64,000 nt of DNA from Candidatus Anstonellaceae archaeon. Its GTDB lineage: Archaea > Micrarchaeota > Micrarchaeia > Anstonellales > Anstonellaceae. The position numbers were made by a program, and so were the translations under genes. Numbering within the stretch: the stretch's first letter is position 1; each line of letters starts with the position of its first letter. The notes under the pieces were generated by a model. That model ran no database searches, was not told where the DNA came from, and saw nothing but the letters and a program-made list of their open reading frames with translations. Of the stretch, positions 9,251-18,424 are shown in pieces. The stretch covers positions 238,115-302,114 of the forward strand of contig JAWAKW010000001.1 of NCBI GenBank assembly GCA_038887295.1. The letters are read 5' to 3'.

Positions 9251-10777
9251 GTGGCAGCATTCAACCTAAAGCAGGGCATCCTTCCGCGGGCATATCAGCT
9301 TGCAATAGCAAATTCTGCGCTTTCTGCAAACACCTTGGTAGTGCTTCCCACAGGCTTGGGCAAAACCCTGATTGCTTTCCTTGTGATGCAGCAGAAGCTC
9401 AAGCAAGGCAGGGTGTTTTTCCTTGCGCCCACCAAACCTTTAGTGTTTCAGCATATGCAAAGCTTCCTTCAGGCAACCGATTTCCCGCCAGAACAGGCGG
9501 CTGCAATCACAGGTGAAATCAGCCCAAAAAACCGCGTTGCTCTTTGGCAAAAGCAGGTGTGCTTTTCCACACCGCAGACCCTTCAAAATGACATTATCAC
9601 AGGAAGGTGTAGCCCTGACTGCTCCCTTTGCATAATTGACGAGGCGCACCGGGCAGTGGGCAAATACGCATACACTTTTGTTGCGCAGGAGTGCTTCAAA
9701 CGTGGCGCCTTGATTTTGGGGCTTACTGCCTCTCCAGGCGGCGACAAAAAAAGGATTCAGCAGATAGTGGATGCGTTGGGAATCAAAAACATAGAAATCC
9801 GTACTCACTCCGATCCAGACGTTGCCCCGTATGTCAAGCCGCTTGAGATATCATATATACGGGTGCCGCTTGGCAAGAGGTTTTCAGAGGTGCGGCGGCA
9901 GCTGGAGATGATTCTTGCAGAAAATGCAAAGCACCTTGCAAACATGGGCTTCCCACCCCCGCTTCGCTCCAAGAAGGGCTTAATCCAGCTGAGAGAGAAA
10001 ATACTTCAGTCTGGGGCAAAATTGCGCTATTCTGCGCTTTCGTATTACACAACCATTTTCAATTTGGTTCACATGCTGGAGCTTATTGAAACCCAGGGGC
10101 TTGCAACCTTTCTTTCCTATGTCCAAAAGCTTCAGCAAAGGCATGAAAGCAAGGCAAGGCGGCGGCTGTTTTCAGATGAGCGGTTCAAGATTGCTCTTGA
10201 GCTTTGCCGCTCTGCGCAGGAGCACCCAAAGCTGGACCGCCTGCTTGAGCTGGTCATAGAGCGGAAAGGGGAAAAGATACTGATTTTTGCGCAATACCGA
10301 AAACAGGTGGAAACTATAGTGGATGCATTGCGCTCCAAAGGCATCCCAGCCGAGAGATTCTTGGGCAAAAAGGAAGGTGTGACTGCAGAGGAGCAAAAAA
10401 AGACTCTGGAGCGGTTTCGGGCAGGAGAATTTGATGTGCTGGTTGCCACATCTATAGGTGAGGAAGGATTGGACATTCCCTCAGTGGATACTGTGGTTTT
10501 CTTTGAGCCAATACCCTCTGAAATCCGCTCTATCCAGAGGAGGGGAAGGGCAGGCAGGCTAAAAATGGGAAGGGTTTTTGTGTTGATAACTGAAGGCACA
10601 AAAGACGAGGCTTCCTTCCACTCCTCAAGGAAAAAAGAGGAAAACATGAAAAGGATTGTCCAGCGCCTTAAGGCAAGCGCACAAGAAAGCGAACCCAAGC
10701 AAGCTCAGCCTCCAGCCAAAAAGGAAGGGAAGCCAAAGCAAAAGCAGCTGCGCCAGCTGCGGCTGACGGACTTTTAA
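9251..10777 (+). CDS. Hef/FANCM-like SF2 (DEAH) helicase, with no nuclease domain
   Basis: Motif I VLPTGLGKT, motif II IIDEAHRAVG, helicase C-terminal motifs (VATSIGEEGLDIP, QRRGRAGR). K-rich C-terminal tail. GTG start. Confidence 0.75.
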   Translation: MAAFNLKQGILPRAYQLAIANSALSANTLVVLPTGLGKTLIAFLVMQQKLKQGRVFFLAPTKPLVFQHMQSFLQATDFPPEQAAAITGEISPKNRVALWQKQVCFSTPQTLQNDIITGRCSPDCSLCIIDEAHRAVGKYAYTFVAQECFKRGALILGLTASPGGDKKRIQQIVDALGIKNIEIRTHSDPDVAPYVKPLEISYIRVPLGKRFSEVRRQLEMILAENAKHLANMGFPPPLRSKKGLIQLREKILQSGAKLRYSALSYYTTIFNLVHMLELIETQGLATFLSYVQKLQQRHESKARRRLFSDERFKIALELCRSAQEHPKLDRLLELVIERKGEKILIFAQYRKQVETIVDALRSKGIPAERFLGKKEGVTAEEQKKTLERFRAGEFDVLVATSIGEEGLDIPSVDTVVFFEPIPSEIRSIQRRGRAGRLKMGRVFVLITEGTKDEASFHSSRKKEENMKRIVQRLKASAQESEPKQAQPPAKKEGKPKQKQLRQLRLTDF

Positions 10778-10802
10778 AAAGACTTTGCTGTGTTATTAGA
10801 CC

Positions 10803-13451
10803 ATGGGAGAGTGGCATTCCAAATCATTAGACAAAGTTATTTCTGAGCTTCAAACAAGTCTGCACGGCCTGTCCCAGGAAGAAGCACAAAGGAGGCTTTC
10901 CATATATGGCAAAAACGAAATAATTGAGGCAAAAAAAGACCCATGGTTTGTACTTTTTTTGAAGCAATTTTCTAGTCTGCCCATCCTGCTTTTGCTTGCG
11001 GCAGCTGCAATTTCACTTACTCTTGGGCTTACAATTGATGACAAGAAGCTTTTGGATGCAATTGCAATCTTTGTTGCAATACTTATAGCAGTCACCTTCA
11101 GCTTCATTCAGGAATACCGCGCAGAAAAGGCAATTGAAGCTTTAAAAAAACTTGTTGTAATGCGCGTTTTGGTCCTGCGAGACGGCAAAGAGGAAATAGT
11201 GGATTCTACCTACCTTGTCCCAGGTGACATCGTCGTGCTTGAGGAAGGAAGCAAGGTGCCTGCTGACATAAGGATAGTTGAGGCAACAGGCAACCTGGCA
11301 GCAGAGCAGTCAGCCCTGACAGGGGAATCCATCCCATCCAATAAAAAGCCAGGTGTGCTTGCAAAGAATCTGCCGATTTCTGAGCAGTACAATATGCTTT
11401 TTGCAGGCACCACCATTGTGCGCGGAAACTGCAAGGGGGTGGTGGTGGAAACAGGGATGAATTCTGAATTCGGCAAAATTGCAGGCTATGTAGGAAAAGA
11501 AAAAGAAAAGGAAGTCAAGCTCCAGCGCGACATAAACGAGCTTTCGCGAAAGCTTGGAATTGCAGGCATATTGCTTGCGCTTGCCTTTTTTGGCATTGGA
11601 CTTGCCAGAGGCGAAAGTATAGTGGACATGTTCGTGGTTGCAGTTACTTTGGCAGTTGCAGTCATCCCTGAAGGGCTGCCCACTGTGCTTGCAATCACTT
11701 TAGCAATCGGAGTGCAACGAATGGCAAAAGAGAATGCAATTGTGCGCAAGATGCCTGCAGTTGAAACCTTAGGCTCTGCTACTATCATCTGCACAGACAA
11801 GACAGGCACCCTCACGCAAAACAAAATATCTGTAGACAAAATAGTGCTTGCGCAAAGCCAATACAGCACAGACAAGCCCCTGCAGCGTACCAACCCTGCT
11901 CTTCAAAAAGCAATAGAAGTGATGGTGCTTTGCAACAGAGCAGTGCAGGCTCAATCAGAAGGAAAGGTAGTTTTCAGCGGAGACCCAACAGAAACTGCGC
12001 TTCTTTATGCAGCAGAAGCGCTGGGCAGCTCTGCAACGAAGCTGAGGGAAAAATACAAGCCAATAGAAGAAATCCCGTTTGACTCAAACAGGAAAATGAT
12101 GAGCACCATCCGCTCATATGGCAAGGAAAAGCTTGCATTTGTCAAGGGGGCACCCGAGCGCGTGCTTTCCTACTCCAGTTCTGTTTTGCTTGAATCCGGG
12201 AAGGTTTCAAAGCTTACTTCAGCGCAAAAGCGCAAGTTCCTCTCAATTGCACACCAGTTTGGGCAGGAAGGCAAGAGAGTGCTTGCGCTTGCCTACCGAC
12301 ATGTTGGCAAGCTGAAAGAATATTCCGCCCAATCTGTAGAAAAAGACCTGATTTTTGTTGGGCTTGTCAGCATGGAGGATCCGCCAAGGCCTGAGGCAGC
12401 AGAAGCAGTTTCGCTTTGCCAGATGGCAGGCATCCGCGTGGTGATGATAACTGGAGATTCACTTTCCACTGCAAAAGCAATTGCAGCAAAAGTCGGATTG
12501 CTTAAGGAAGGGATGGAAGCGGTGGATGGGAGCCAGCTTGAGGGAACCTCAGAAAGCGAATTCAGAAAGATTCTTTCCAAGGCAGCGGTCTTTGCACGAG
12601 TTACCCCAGAGCAAAAATACAGGATTGTTTCCACCTTCATGAAGATGAGACATATAGTGGCAGTTACCGGAGACGGGGTGAATGATGCGCCTGCAATAAA
12701 GAAAGCAGACATCGGAGTTGCAATGGGGGTTACAGGCACAGATGTGACAAAAGAAGTTGCAGACATTGTGCTAACGGATGACAACTTCTACTCAATCGTC
12801 AACGCAGTCCGCTATGGGAGGACCATCTTCAACAACATTAAATCCTTTGTGCGCTACCAGATTTCCACTAATGTTGCAGCGCTTTCTTTGATGTTTTCTG
12901 CCCCTGCACTCTCCTTTCCATTGCCTCTCTTTCCGCTTCAGCTTCTTTGGATAAATATTATGATTGACGGGCCACCAGCGCTTGCCTTGGGTGCAGAACC
13001 TCCTTCCCGCGATGAAATGAAGCGGCCGCCGCGCAGCCCATCTGCCCCATTCTTGAGCAAAAACCTCATCCTTTCCATAGGTGGCCTTGGGCTTATGATG
13101 GCAGCAGTCTCCCTTTTGGTCTTCAGCTATTACCTGGAGTTCTCGCCGCAAAAGGCGCACACAGCAGTTTTCACTTTGTTCGTGTTTTTGCAGCTTGCAA
13201 ATGCTCTCAACTGCCGCTCAGCGCACGAGTCAATTTTTGCCAGGCCATTTGCCAACCCTTATCTTTACCTTGCAATTGTTGCATCGCTTGCGCTTCAGCT
13301 GACAATAATTTACTACTCGCCGCTTTCGGAAATTTTCAAGACAGTGCCTCTTGAGCTGCAGGATTTTGCACTTTTGTTTGTCGCTGCATCCACGGTTGTA
13401 GTGTTTGAAGAAATCAAAAAGAAGTTCTTCAAACACCTAACCTCCTACTAG
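10803..13451 (+). CDS. P-type cation-transporting ATPase (P2-type, Ca2+-ATPase-like)
   Basis: Cation_ATPase_N-like N-terminus. DKTGTLT phosphorylation site, PEGLP, TGDGVNDAPA hinge. Ten predicted TM segments. Confidence 0.9.
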   Translation: MGEWHSKSLDKVISELQTSLHGLSQEEAQRRLSIYGKNEIIEAKKDPWFVLFLKQFSSLPILLLLAAAAISLTLGLTIDDKKLLDAIAIFVAILIAVTFSFIQEYRAEKAIEALKKLVVMRVLVLRDGKEEIVDSTYLVPGDIVVLEEGSKVPADIRIVEATGNLAAEQSALTGESIPSNKKPGVLAKNLPISEQYNMLFAGTTIVRGNCKGVVVETGMNSEFGKIAGYVGKEKEKEVKLQRDINELSRKLGIAGILLALAFFGIGLARGESIVDMFVVAVTLAVAVIPEGLPTVLAITLAIGVQRMAKENAIVRKMPAVETLGSATIICTDKTGTLTQNKISVDKIVLAQSQYSTDKPLQRTNPALQKAIEVMVLCNRAVQAQSEGKVVFSGDPTETALLYAAEALGSSATKLREKYKPIEEIPFDSNRKMMSTIRSYGKEKLAFVKGAPERVLSYSSSVLLESGKVSKLTSAQKRKFLSIAHQFGQEGKRVLALAYRHVGKLKEYSAQSVEKDLIFVGLVSMEDPPRPEAAEAVSLCQMAGIRVVMITGDSLSTAKAIAAKVGLLKEGMEAVDGSQLEGTSESEFRKILSKAAVFARVTPEQKYRIVSTFMKMRHIVAVTGDGVNDAPAIKKADIGVAMGVTGTDVTKEVADIVLTDDNFYSIVNAVRYGRTIFNNIKSFVRYQISTNVAALSLMFSAPALSFPLPLFPLQLLWINIMIDGPPALALGAEPPSRDEMKRPPRSPSAPFLSKNLILSIGGLGLMMAAVSLLVFSYYLEFSPQKAHTAVFTLFVFLQLANALNCRSAHESIFARPFANPYLYLAIVASLALQLTIIYYSPLSEIFKTVPLELQDFALLFVAASTVVVFEEIKKKFFKHLTSY

Positions 13452-13461
13452 GGGTGAGGCT

Positions 13462-14199
13462 TTGAATCCCAAAAAGCAGTCCATCAAAATCAGGCGTTTC
13501 ATTTCCTCCTATTTCAAGAAGGCGGGCAAAAAAGTTGCAGTGGTCGGACTTTCTAGCGGGCTTGATTCTGCAGTGACGCTTGCATTGTGCGTGCGTGCCC
13601 TTGGTGCGCAAAGGGTGCTTGCGGTTTTGCTCCCTTCTTCTTCTACCCCGGCTCAGGATTTGCAGGATGCTAAAATGCTTGTAGAAAAATTTTCAGTGCC
13701 ACATGTGTGTTTGAGCATAGAGCCATTTCTGAAAGCAGCAGAAGGCCTCAACTTAAGCAGGCTGCAAAAGGCAAACCTGTCTGCAAGGATAAGGATGGCG
13801 CTGCTTTACCTTTTTGCGCAAAAGCACAATGGATTGGTGGTGGGCACTTCTGACAAATCCGAGCTTATGCTGGGGTATTTTACAAAATACGGTGATGGCG
13901 CAGCGGATTTGCTCCCTATTGCAGGGCTTTACAAGTCTGATGTGAAAGAATTGGGAAGATATCTTGGGATTCCAGAAAATATACTTTCAAAGCCGCCTTC
14001 TCCCCAGCTTTGGAAGGGGCAAACTGCGCAACAAGAGCTTGGATTTTCATACGAGCAGGCGGATGCAGTGCTTAGGCAAATAGAGCGTAAGGCAAGCAAG
14101 CGTGCACTTTACAGGCAATTTGGAAAAAGGCTGGTGGATTTGATTTTGGCAAGAATGAAGCAGAACCGCCACAAGCTGCTGCAAGCCCCGCGCCCCTAA
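13462..14199 (+). CDS. nadE: NH3-dependent NAD+ synthetase
   Basis: PP-loop VVGLSSGLDSAV. About 245 aa, typical for archaeal NadE. TTG start. Confidence 0.8.
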   Translation: MNPKKQSIKIRRFISSYFKKAGKKVAVVGLSSGLDSAVTLALCVRALGAQRVLAVLLPSSSTPAQDLQDAKMLVEKFSVPHVCLSIEPFLKAAEGLNLSRLQKANLSARIRMALLYLFAQKHNGLVVGTSDKSELMLGYFTKYGDGAADLLPIAGLYKSDVKELGRYLGIPENILSKPPSPQLWKGQTAQQELGFSYEQADAVLRQIERKASKRALYRQFGKRLVDLILARMKQNRHKLLQAPRP

Positions 14200-14696
14200 A
14201 CCTTTTCCATGCGCGAAATCAGCCTTGCCGCATTTTCTGCAACTTCCGGCCCAAGCTCCACCACTACCATCCCTGCATTGGGCTGGCCGTAAACCAAGGT
14301 GCCTGTCTTTGCCTGTGCCATTACTACAAGTGCTGCAAGGTCCTCCTCGCCAATCACCAAAACAAACCCCTTCTTATTTGAAAGGACTGCCTTTACTGCC
14401 TCTATCAATTGCTCTGTTATGTGTCCAGGCGGGGAAAGCACCAGAAAGGGATCCTTCACAAACCCAGCAAGCTTTTCTTTTATTTCTTGACCAACTTCCA
14501 CCCGCTGTATTTTGAAATCAAAAATAGAAATGTCAGGTAGGATTTTTGCATCAATCAAATCAATAGTGCACCGGTCGCCTACTGAAATAAGAGGCCGCGA
14601 AGCGTTGGCAAGCAAGTTTTCCAAATCCAGATTTTGTATGATTCTGCCAAACGGCTTGCGAACCTCTTCCCGCATGCTTTCAGGCAGCCTCAGCAT
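14196..14696 (-). CDS. DUF359-family protein (archaeal GTP-dependent dephospho-CoA kinase family)
   Basis: About 165 aa. The ...LRLPESMREEVRKPFG...SVGDRCT... pattern is characteristic of DUF359 proteins. Confidence 0.55.
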   Translation of the reverse strand: MLRLPESMREEVRKPFGRIIQNLDLENLLANASRPLISVGDRCTIDLIDAKILPDISIFDFKIQRVEVGQEIKEKLAGFVKDPFLVLSPPGHITEQLIEAVKAVLSNKKGFVLVIGEEDLAALVVMAQAKTGTLVYGQPNAGMVVVELGPEVAENAARLISRMEKV

Positions 14697-15355
14697 TTGA
14701 TTACCTCCCACGCGCCGCTTTTGTGCCCCACCACCACAACAGGCTTCTTTTTGGCAAAAATCCCGCAGTCAACCACGCCTGCAATCAGCTTTATTTTGTC
14801 TTCCAGCTTTGCTGGATTGCAGATTTGACCGAACTTGGCATGCAAAATGAGATTGCCATTATCTGAGACAAATTTTTGTTCTCCATCTGCTCGCACCTGG
14901 ACCTCTTTTGCGCCCAAGCCAAGCAAATCCTTCTTTACTGCTTCTTGTGCAAATGGAACTACCTCCACAGGGACTATGCCGGAAAGGCGCTTTTGCAGTT
15001 TCTCAGACCCAACAATTACAACGAATTTCTTTGCACGGTAATCTACTGCCTTTTCACGCACCAGCGCACCTCCCATACCCTTTATCAAATTCCCTTTCGG
15101 GTCAACCTGGTCTGCACCGTCAACTGCAAGATCTATCCTGTCTGCTTGCTCAAACCCTATTACTCTCAGGCCAAGAGACCTTGCCTGCTTTTCAGATGCG
15201 CAGGAAGTCGGGATACATCTGACGTTCAGGTTTTGCTTTGCAAGAAGCTGTATGAATATGGAGGCAGTGCTGCCGGTGCCAAGCCCAACCACCATCCCGT
15301 CCTTGACCATTTTTACTGCAGCAGAGGCTGCGGCAAATTTGGAGTCCATAACCAA
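14690..15355 (-). CDS. rpiA: Ribose-5-phosphate isomerase A
   Basis: GLGTGSTA, DGADQVD and KGMGGALVREK motifs. Confidence 0.8.
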   Translation of the reverse strand: MVMDSKFAAASAAVKMVKDGMVVGLGTGSTASIFIQLLAKQNLNVRCIPTSCASEKQARSLGLRVIGFEQADRIDLAVDGADQVDPKGNLIKGMGGALVREKAVDYRAKKFVVIVGSEKLQKRLSGIVPVEVVPFAQEAVKKDLLGLGAKEVQVRADGEQKFVSDNGNLILHAKFGQICNPAKLEDKIKLIAGVVDCGIFAKKKPVVVVGHKSGAWEVIKC

Positions 15356-15385
15356 AAGTAGCCGTGCAATGTTAAATCCCTTTTG

Positions 15386-15934
15386 CTAAAGTGCTTTCAG
15401 GATGTCTGCTTTTGTTATTATCCCTATTACCTCACCTTTCTTTAGCACCAGCACAGCAGGGTAATGCTGAAGAAGGGGGGTAATAGAGGAAATTGGGGCA
15501 TCCGGGAGGACCGTTGGGAAAGCCTCATCCATCACGTCTGCAACCTTTGCCGAAGAGAGGTCTTGTCCTGATGAAAGCCTTTTGACTATCCCCTGCTCGC
15601 TTAGGCTTCCAATGATTTTTTTGCCATCGCTTACTGCAAGCTGCGAAATGTTCTTTTTCCTCATCTTTGAAATTGCCTGGTGAAGCGGCTGGCCAACATA
15701 CGCAATCTCCACCCCGCAGTGCATAATGTCCTTTGCTTTCTTTTCCTTTTGGCACTGCATCCCCTTTATCGCCTGGATTATCCTCAAGGCTTTAGAATAG
15801 GTTGGCTCTACCTTGCCTGCCTCTATTTTTGCAAGAAGGGACTGCGACACACCTGCCGCGCGGGCAAGCTGCTGCTGGGTAATCCCAAGCTTAAGCCTCA
15901 GCTCTTTTATCAGTCTCAAATCCTCCATCGGCAT
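15386..15934 (-). CDS. Transcriptional regulator with an XRE-type HTH plus tandem CBS domains
   Basis: N-terminal HTH (LGITQQQLARAAGVSQSLLAKIE) followed by a CBS pair. Confidence 0.7.
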   Translation of the reverse strand: MPMEDLRLIKELRLKLGITQQQLARAAGVSQSLLAKIEAGKVEPTYSKALRIIQAIKGMQCQKEKKAKDIMHCGVEIAYVGQPLHQAISKMRKKNISQLAVSDGKKIIGSLSEQGIVKRLSSGQDLSSAKVADVMDEAFPTVLPDAPISSITPLLQHYPAVLVLKKGEVIGIITKADILKAL

Positions 15935-15953
15935 GATCTCTCATATTTTGTTT

Positions 15954-16184
15954 TTATTTTATTGCATCCTCAGCCAGGGGCTTGTGGCTGCGAAGGTCTT
16001 TGTTCGCCTGCTCTATCCTGCTTACGTATTCTTCCGCCTTCTTTTTGTCATACAGCGTTGTACCTTGAATAAACGGGGCAGTCTTGCCTTCAATTACTGC
16101 CTTGCAGGCAAAATAGAGGTGCGTCTCTTGCGGCAGAGAAGTACCCCCGCATGGTTTGCTTTGCTGCGAAAGGACCCATCTCAT
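15954..16184 (-). CDS. Hypothetical small protein (76 aa)
   Basis: ORF only. Confidence 0.3.
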   Translation of the reverse strand: MRWVLSQQSKPCGGTSLPQETHLYFACKAVIEGKTAPFIQGTTLYDKKKAEEYVSRIEQANKDLRSHKPLAEDAIK

Positions 16185-16239
16185 CTTATCACCGCCGTTT
16201 GCTTTGTTTTGTGCTGGTATTTATATCTGATTGAGTCAA

Positions 16240-16257
16240 TTATTCATATATGAATAA
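16240..16257. promoter_or_regulatory. Perfect 18-bp palindrome TTATTCATATATGAATAA in a divergent promoter region
   Basis: Exact self-complementary 18-mer. The identical 18-mer recurs at 32481-32498. Confidence 0.5.
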
Positions 16258-16531
16258 AATAAAATGCAAAAATTCATTTCTGAATTTAAAGCAGAAGGTG
16301 CCAAGGGCGTGATTTATTCCCCTTGTTCAGGGTTTGAACACGCGACTTCCAGATTTCTCCGTCTGCCTGCAAACCAATTTTTGCAGGGAATGCCCATTTA
16401 TATCATCGCCTTTCGGCTCATCACTCATAAGTATCAGCTTATGAGTCTGGCACTCTAACCAGGCTGAGTTACCTTGGCACCACTATTTGTTGGAGGCAAA
16501 GGGATTAAAAGCAGTTCATCTTTTGTTTTAT

Positions 16532-16785
16532 GGAGCGGCGGGAGGACGGCTCACCGCGCGTTTGCGTGGAGGAAGTTCTGCCCACCGGAAAGAGTCCAAA
16601 TCGCTTAAGGCGATATCGGGAACAGAAACGCAAAACCGCCCCCTTCTATGAGAATGACGAAAGGAGAGAAGGAGTGTCGGGTTGAAACGGCCCGTGTTTG
16701 GCAATAAAATGCACGGTGCAAGGCCGTTTGGCCGCGCAAGTCAGATGCCGTCTAAAACAGAAGGCAGACTACCACCCGCCGCTCC
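16532..16785 (+). ncRNA. rnpB: Probable RNase P RNA
   Basis: 11-bp terminal helix: GGAGCGGCGGG at 16532-42 pairs with CCCGCCGCTCC at 16775-85. 5' GAGGAAGUUCUGCC resembles the P4 5' strand GAGGAAAGUCCGGGC. 3' ACAGAAGGCAGAC resembles ACAGAAnCCGGCUUA. GU(U)CUGCC/GGCAGAC forms a P4 helix with a bulged U. GC-rich and noncoding; the nadA ORF reads through it as an artefactual N-terminal extension. Confidence 0.5.
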
Positions 16786-16795
16786 GCGTGGAAAG

Positions 16796-17788
16796 ATGGA
16801 ATTCTCCTCTGAAGAAATAGAAAGCGAGGCAAAAAGACTTTATGGCAGCCTAGGCAAGCTTGGCTGGAGCTTGGACTCCTGCAGAGTCTGCGCCCCGCTC
16901 ACTCTGGAAATCAACAGGCTCAAAAAGGAAAAGAATGCAATAGTGCTGGCGCACTCCTACCAAACCCCAGACATAATCTACGGGGTGGCAGACTACACTG
17001 GTGATTCTTTTGGCCTTTCAATGCAGGCAAGCAAAATCCAAGCAGACATCATCGTGTTTGCAGGCGTGCGGTTCATGGCAGAAACCGCCAAGCTTCTCAA
17101 CCCCGAAAAGCGCGTGCTTTTGCCCTCTTTGGAGGCCGGCTGCTCCCTTGCAGATGGAATCAGCGCAAAGGATGTGCAGTTTTTGAAAGAGCAGCACCCA
17201 AACACGCCCGTAATTTGCTACATCAACACCTCTGCAGAAGTGAAGGCAGAATCTGATGTCTGCTGCACGAGTGCAAATGCAGAAAAAATCATCCTATCCT
17301 TTCCGCAAAAAAAGCTGATTTTTGTCCCTGACATGTACATGGCTCAAAACCTAGCAAGGCAGACCAAAAAAGAGCTAATAGGCTGGAGTGCAAAATGCGT
17401 TGTGCATCAGGATTTTGACCAAAGGAAAATCCAGGCAATCCGCCAAGCCTTCAGAGGCGTCAAAGTGCTTGCCCACTCAGAATGCTCCCCGCAGGTTGCG
17501 CTTGAAGCAGATTTGGTAGGCGGAACCTCTGATATGGAAAGGTTTGTGAAATCTTCCACTGCGCCCTCGTTCATGCTGATTACTGAATGCGGGCTTTCCG
17601 ATAGGCTTCGAGTGTTGTTTCCCCAAAAGCAGTTCATCGGCCTTTGCGCACTTTGTCCTTACATGAAGAAAAACTCCCTTTTTAACATCCTAGAAGCACT
17701 TTCAAAAGAGAAAAACGAAATAAAAATAGAAGAAAGCATAGCACAAAGGGCAAGGGGTGCGCTTGAAAAAATGTTGAGGCTTTCTTAG
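16796..17788 (+). CDS. nadA: Quinolinate synthase
   Basis: ILAHSYQ, DYTGDSFGLS, and Cys ligands for the 4Fe-4S cluster. The ATG at 16796 is the first start after the RNA; the true start may lie even further downstream. Confidence 0.85.
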   Translation: MEFSSEEIESEAKRLYGSLGKLGWSLDSCRVCAPLTLEINRLKKEKNAIVLAHSYQTPDIIYGVADYTGDSFGLSMQASKIQADIIVFAGVRFMAETAKLLNPEKRVLLPSLEAGCSLADGISAKDVQFLKEQHPNTPVICYINTSAEVKAESDVCCTSANAEKIILSFPQKKLIFVPDMYMAQNLARQTKKELIGWSAKCVVHQDFDQRKIQAIRQAFRGVKVLAHSECSPQVALEADLVGGTSDMERFVKSSTAPSFMLITECGLSDRLRVLFPQKQFIGLCALCPYMKKNSLFNILEALSKEKNEIKIEESIAQRARGALEKMLRLS

Positions 17789-17982
17789 TCTGCCCCTTTG
17801 TTGAGCTTGGAAAGCAGCAAAAACACCATTGCCGCTGCAATTAGGCCTGCCACATAAGGCACATACCATTCCTCAAAAAAAGTAACATTTTCAGTCCACT
17901 GCCACCATATTAGGTAACCTACGGCCAATGAAAGTGCGGCTTTGGCAAACCCTATTAAGGCTTTTGTCTTGTCAGAGCCCAT
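17785..17982 (-). CDS. Small two-TM membrane protein (65 aa)
   Basis: ORF with two hydrophobic helices. Confidence 0.3.
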   Translation of the reverse strand: MGSDKTKALIGFAKAALSLAVGYLIWWQWTENVTFFEEWYVPYVAGLIAAAMVFLLLSKLNKGAD

Positions 17983-18093
17983 ATATTAGGTTTATTTAAA
18001 AAGGATTATAAACGATTTCATCCGCCACACAAGGATTCGGTTTAAAACATTTTTCTTCTCTATCGTAAAGCTTCCATTTTTTTGGGAGGGTGA

Positions 18094-18324
<231 letters not shown>

Positions 18325-18326
18325 CG

Positions 18327-18412
18327 GGCTTGTGGCGCAATGGTAGCGCGCCTGCATGGCATGGCTTGCCCATAATGCAGGAGGCTGGGGGTTCGAATCC
18401 CCCCGAGTCCAT
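18327..18412 (+). tRNA. tRNA-Ala (anticodon GGC) with a 14-nt intron at the canonical 37/38 position
   Basis: Acceptor GGGCUUG/CGAGUCC with the G3:U70 Ala identity pair. D-arm GCGC-AATGGTA-GCGC. Anticodon stem CCUGC/GCAGG with loop AU-GGC-A, intron at 18363-18376, then U. T-arm GGGGG-UUCGAAU-CCCCC. Discriminator A. CCA not encoded. Confidence 0.75.
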
Positions 18413-18424
18413 CCCTAGGGGGCA

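Noticed and set aside
8971-9516. 181-aa plus-strand ORF overlapping the histone gene
   Set aside because: Antisense to a well-supported histone-fold gene, with a low-complexity A/S/L-rich translation. Typical shadow ORF.
10132-10698. 188-aa minus-strand ORF inside the Hef-like helicase gene
   Set aside because: Antisense to a gene with a complete helicase motif set. The composition is S/R-rich junk.
16264-16458. 64-aa ORF between the palindrome and the putative RNase P RNA
   Set aside because: Short, with no motifs, in a likely promoter/leader region. Kept out of the gene list, but it cannot be fully excluded.
16682-16795. N-terminal 38 codons of the listed nadA ORF
   Set aside because: They overlie the GC-rich structured-RNA candidate. 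The residues (MKRPVFGNKMHGARPFGRASQ...) are not NadA-like. nadA is started at 16796.
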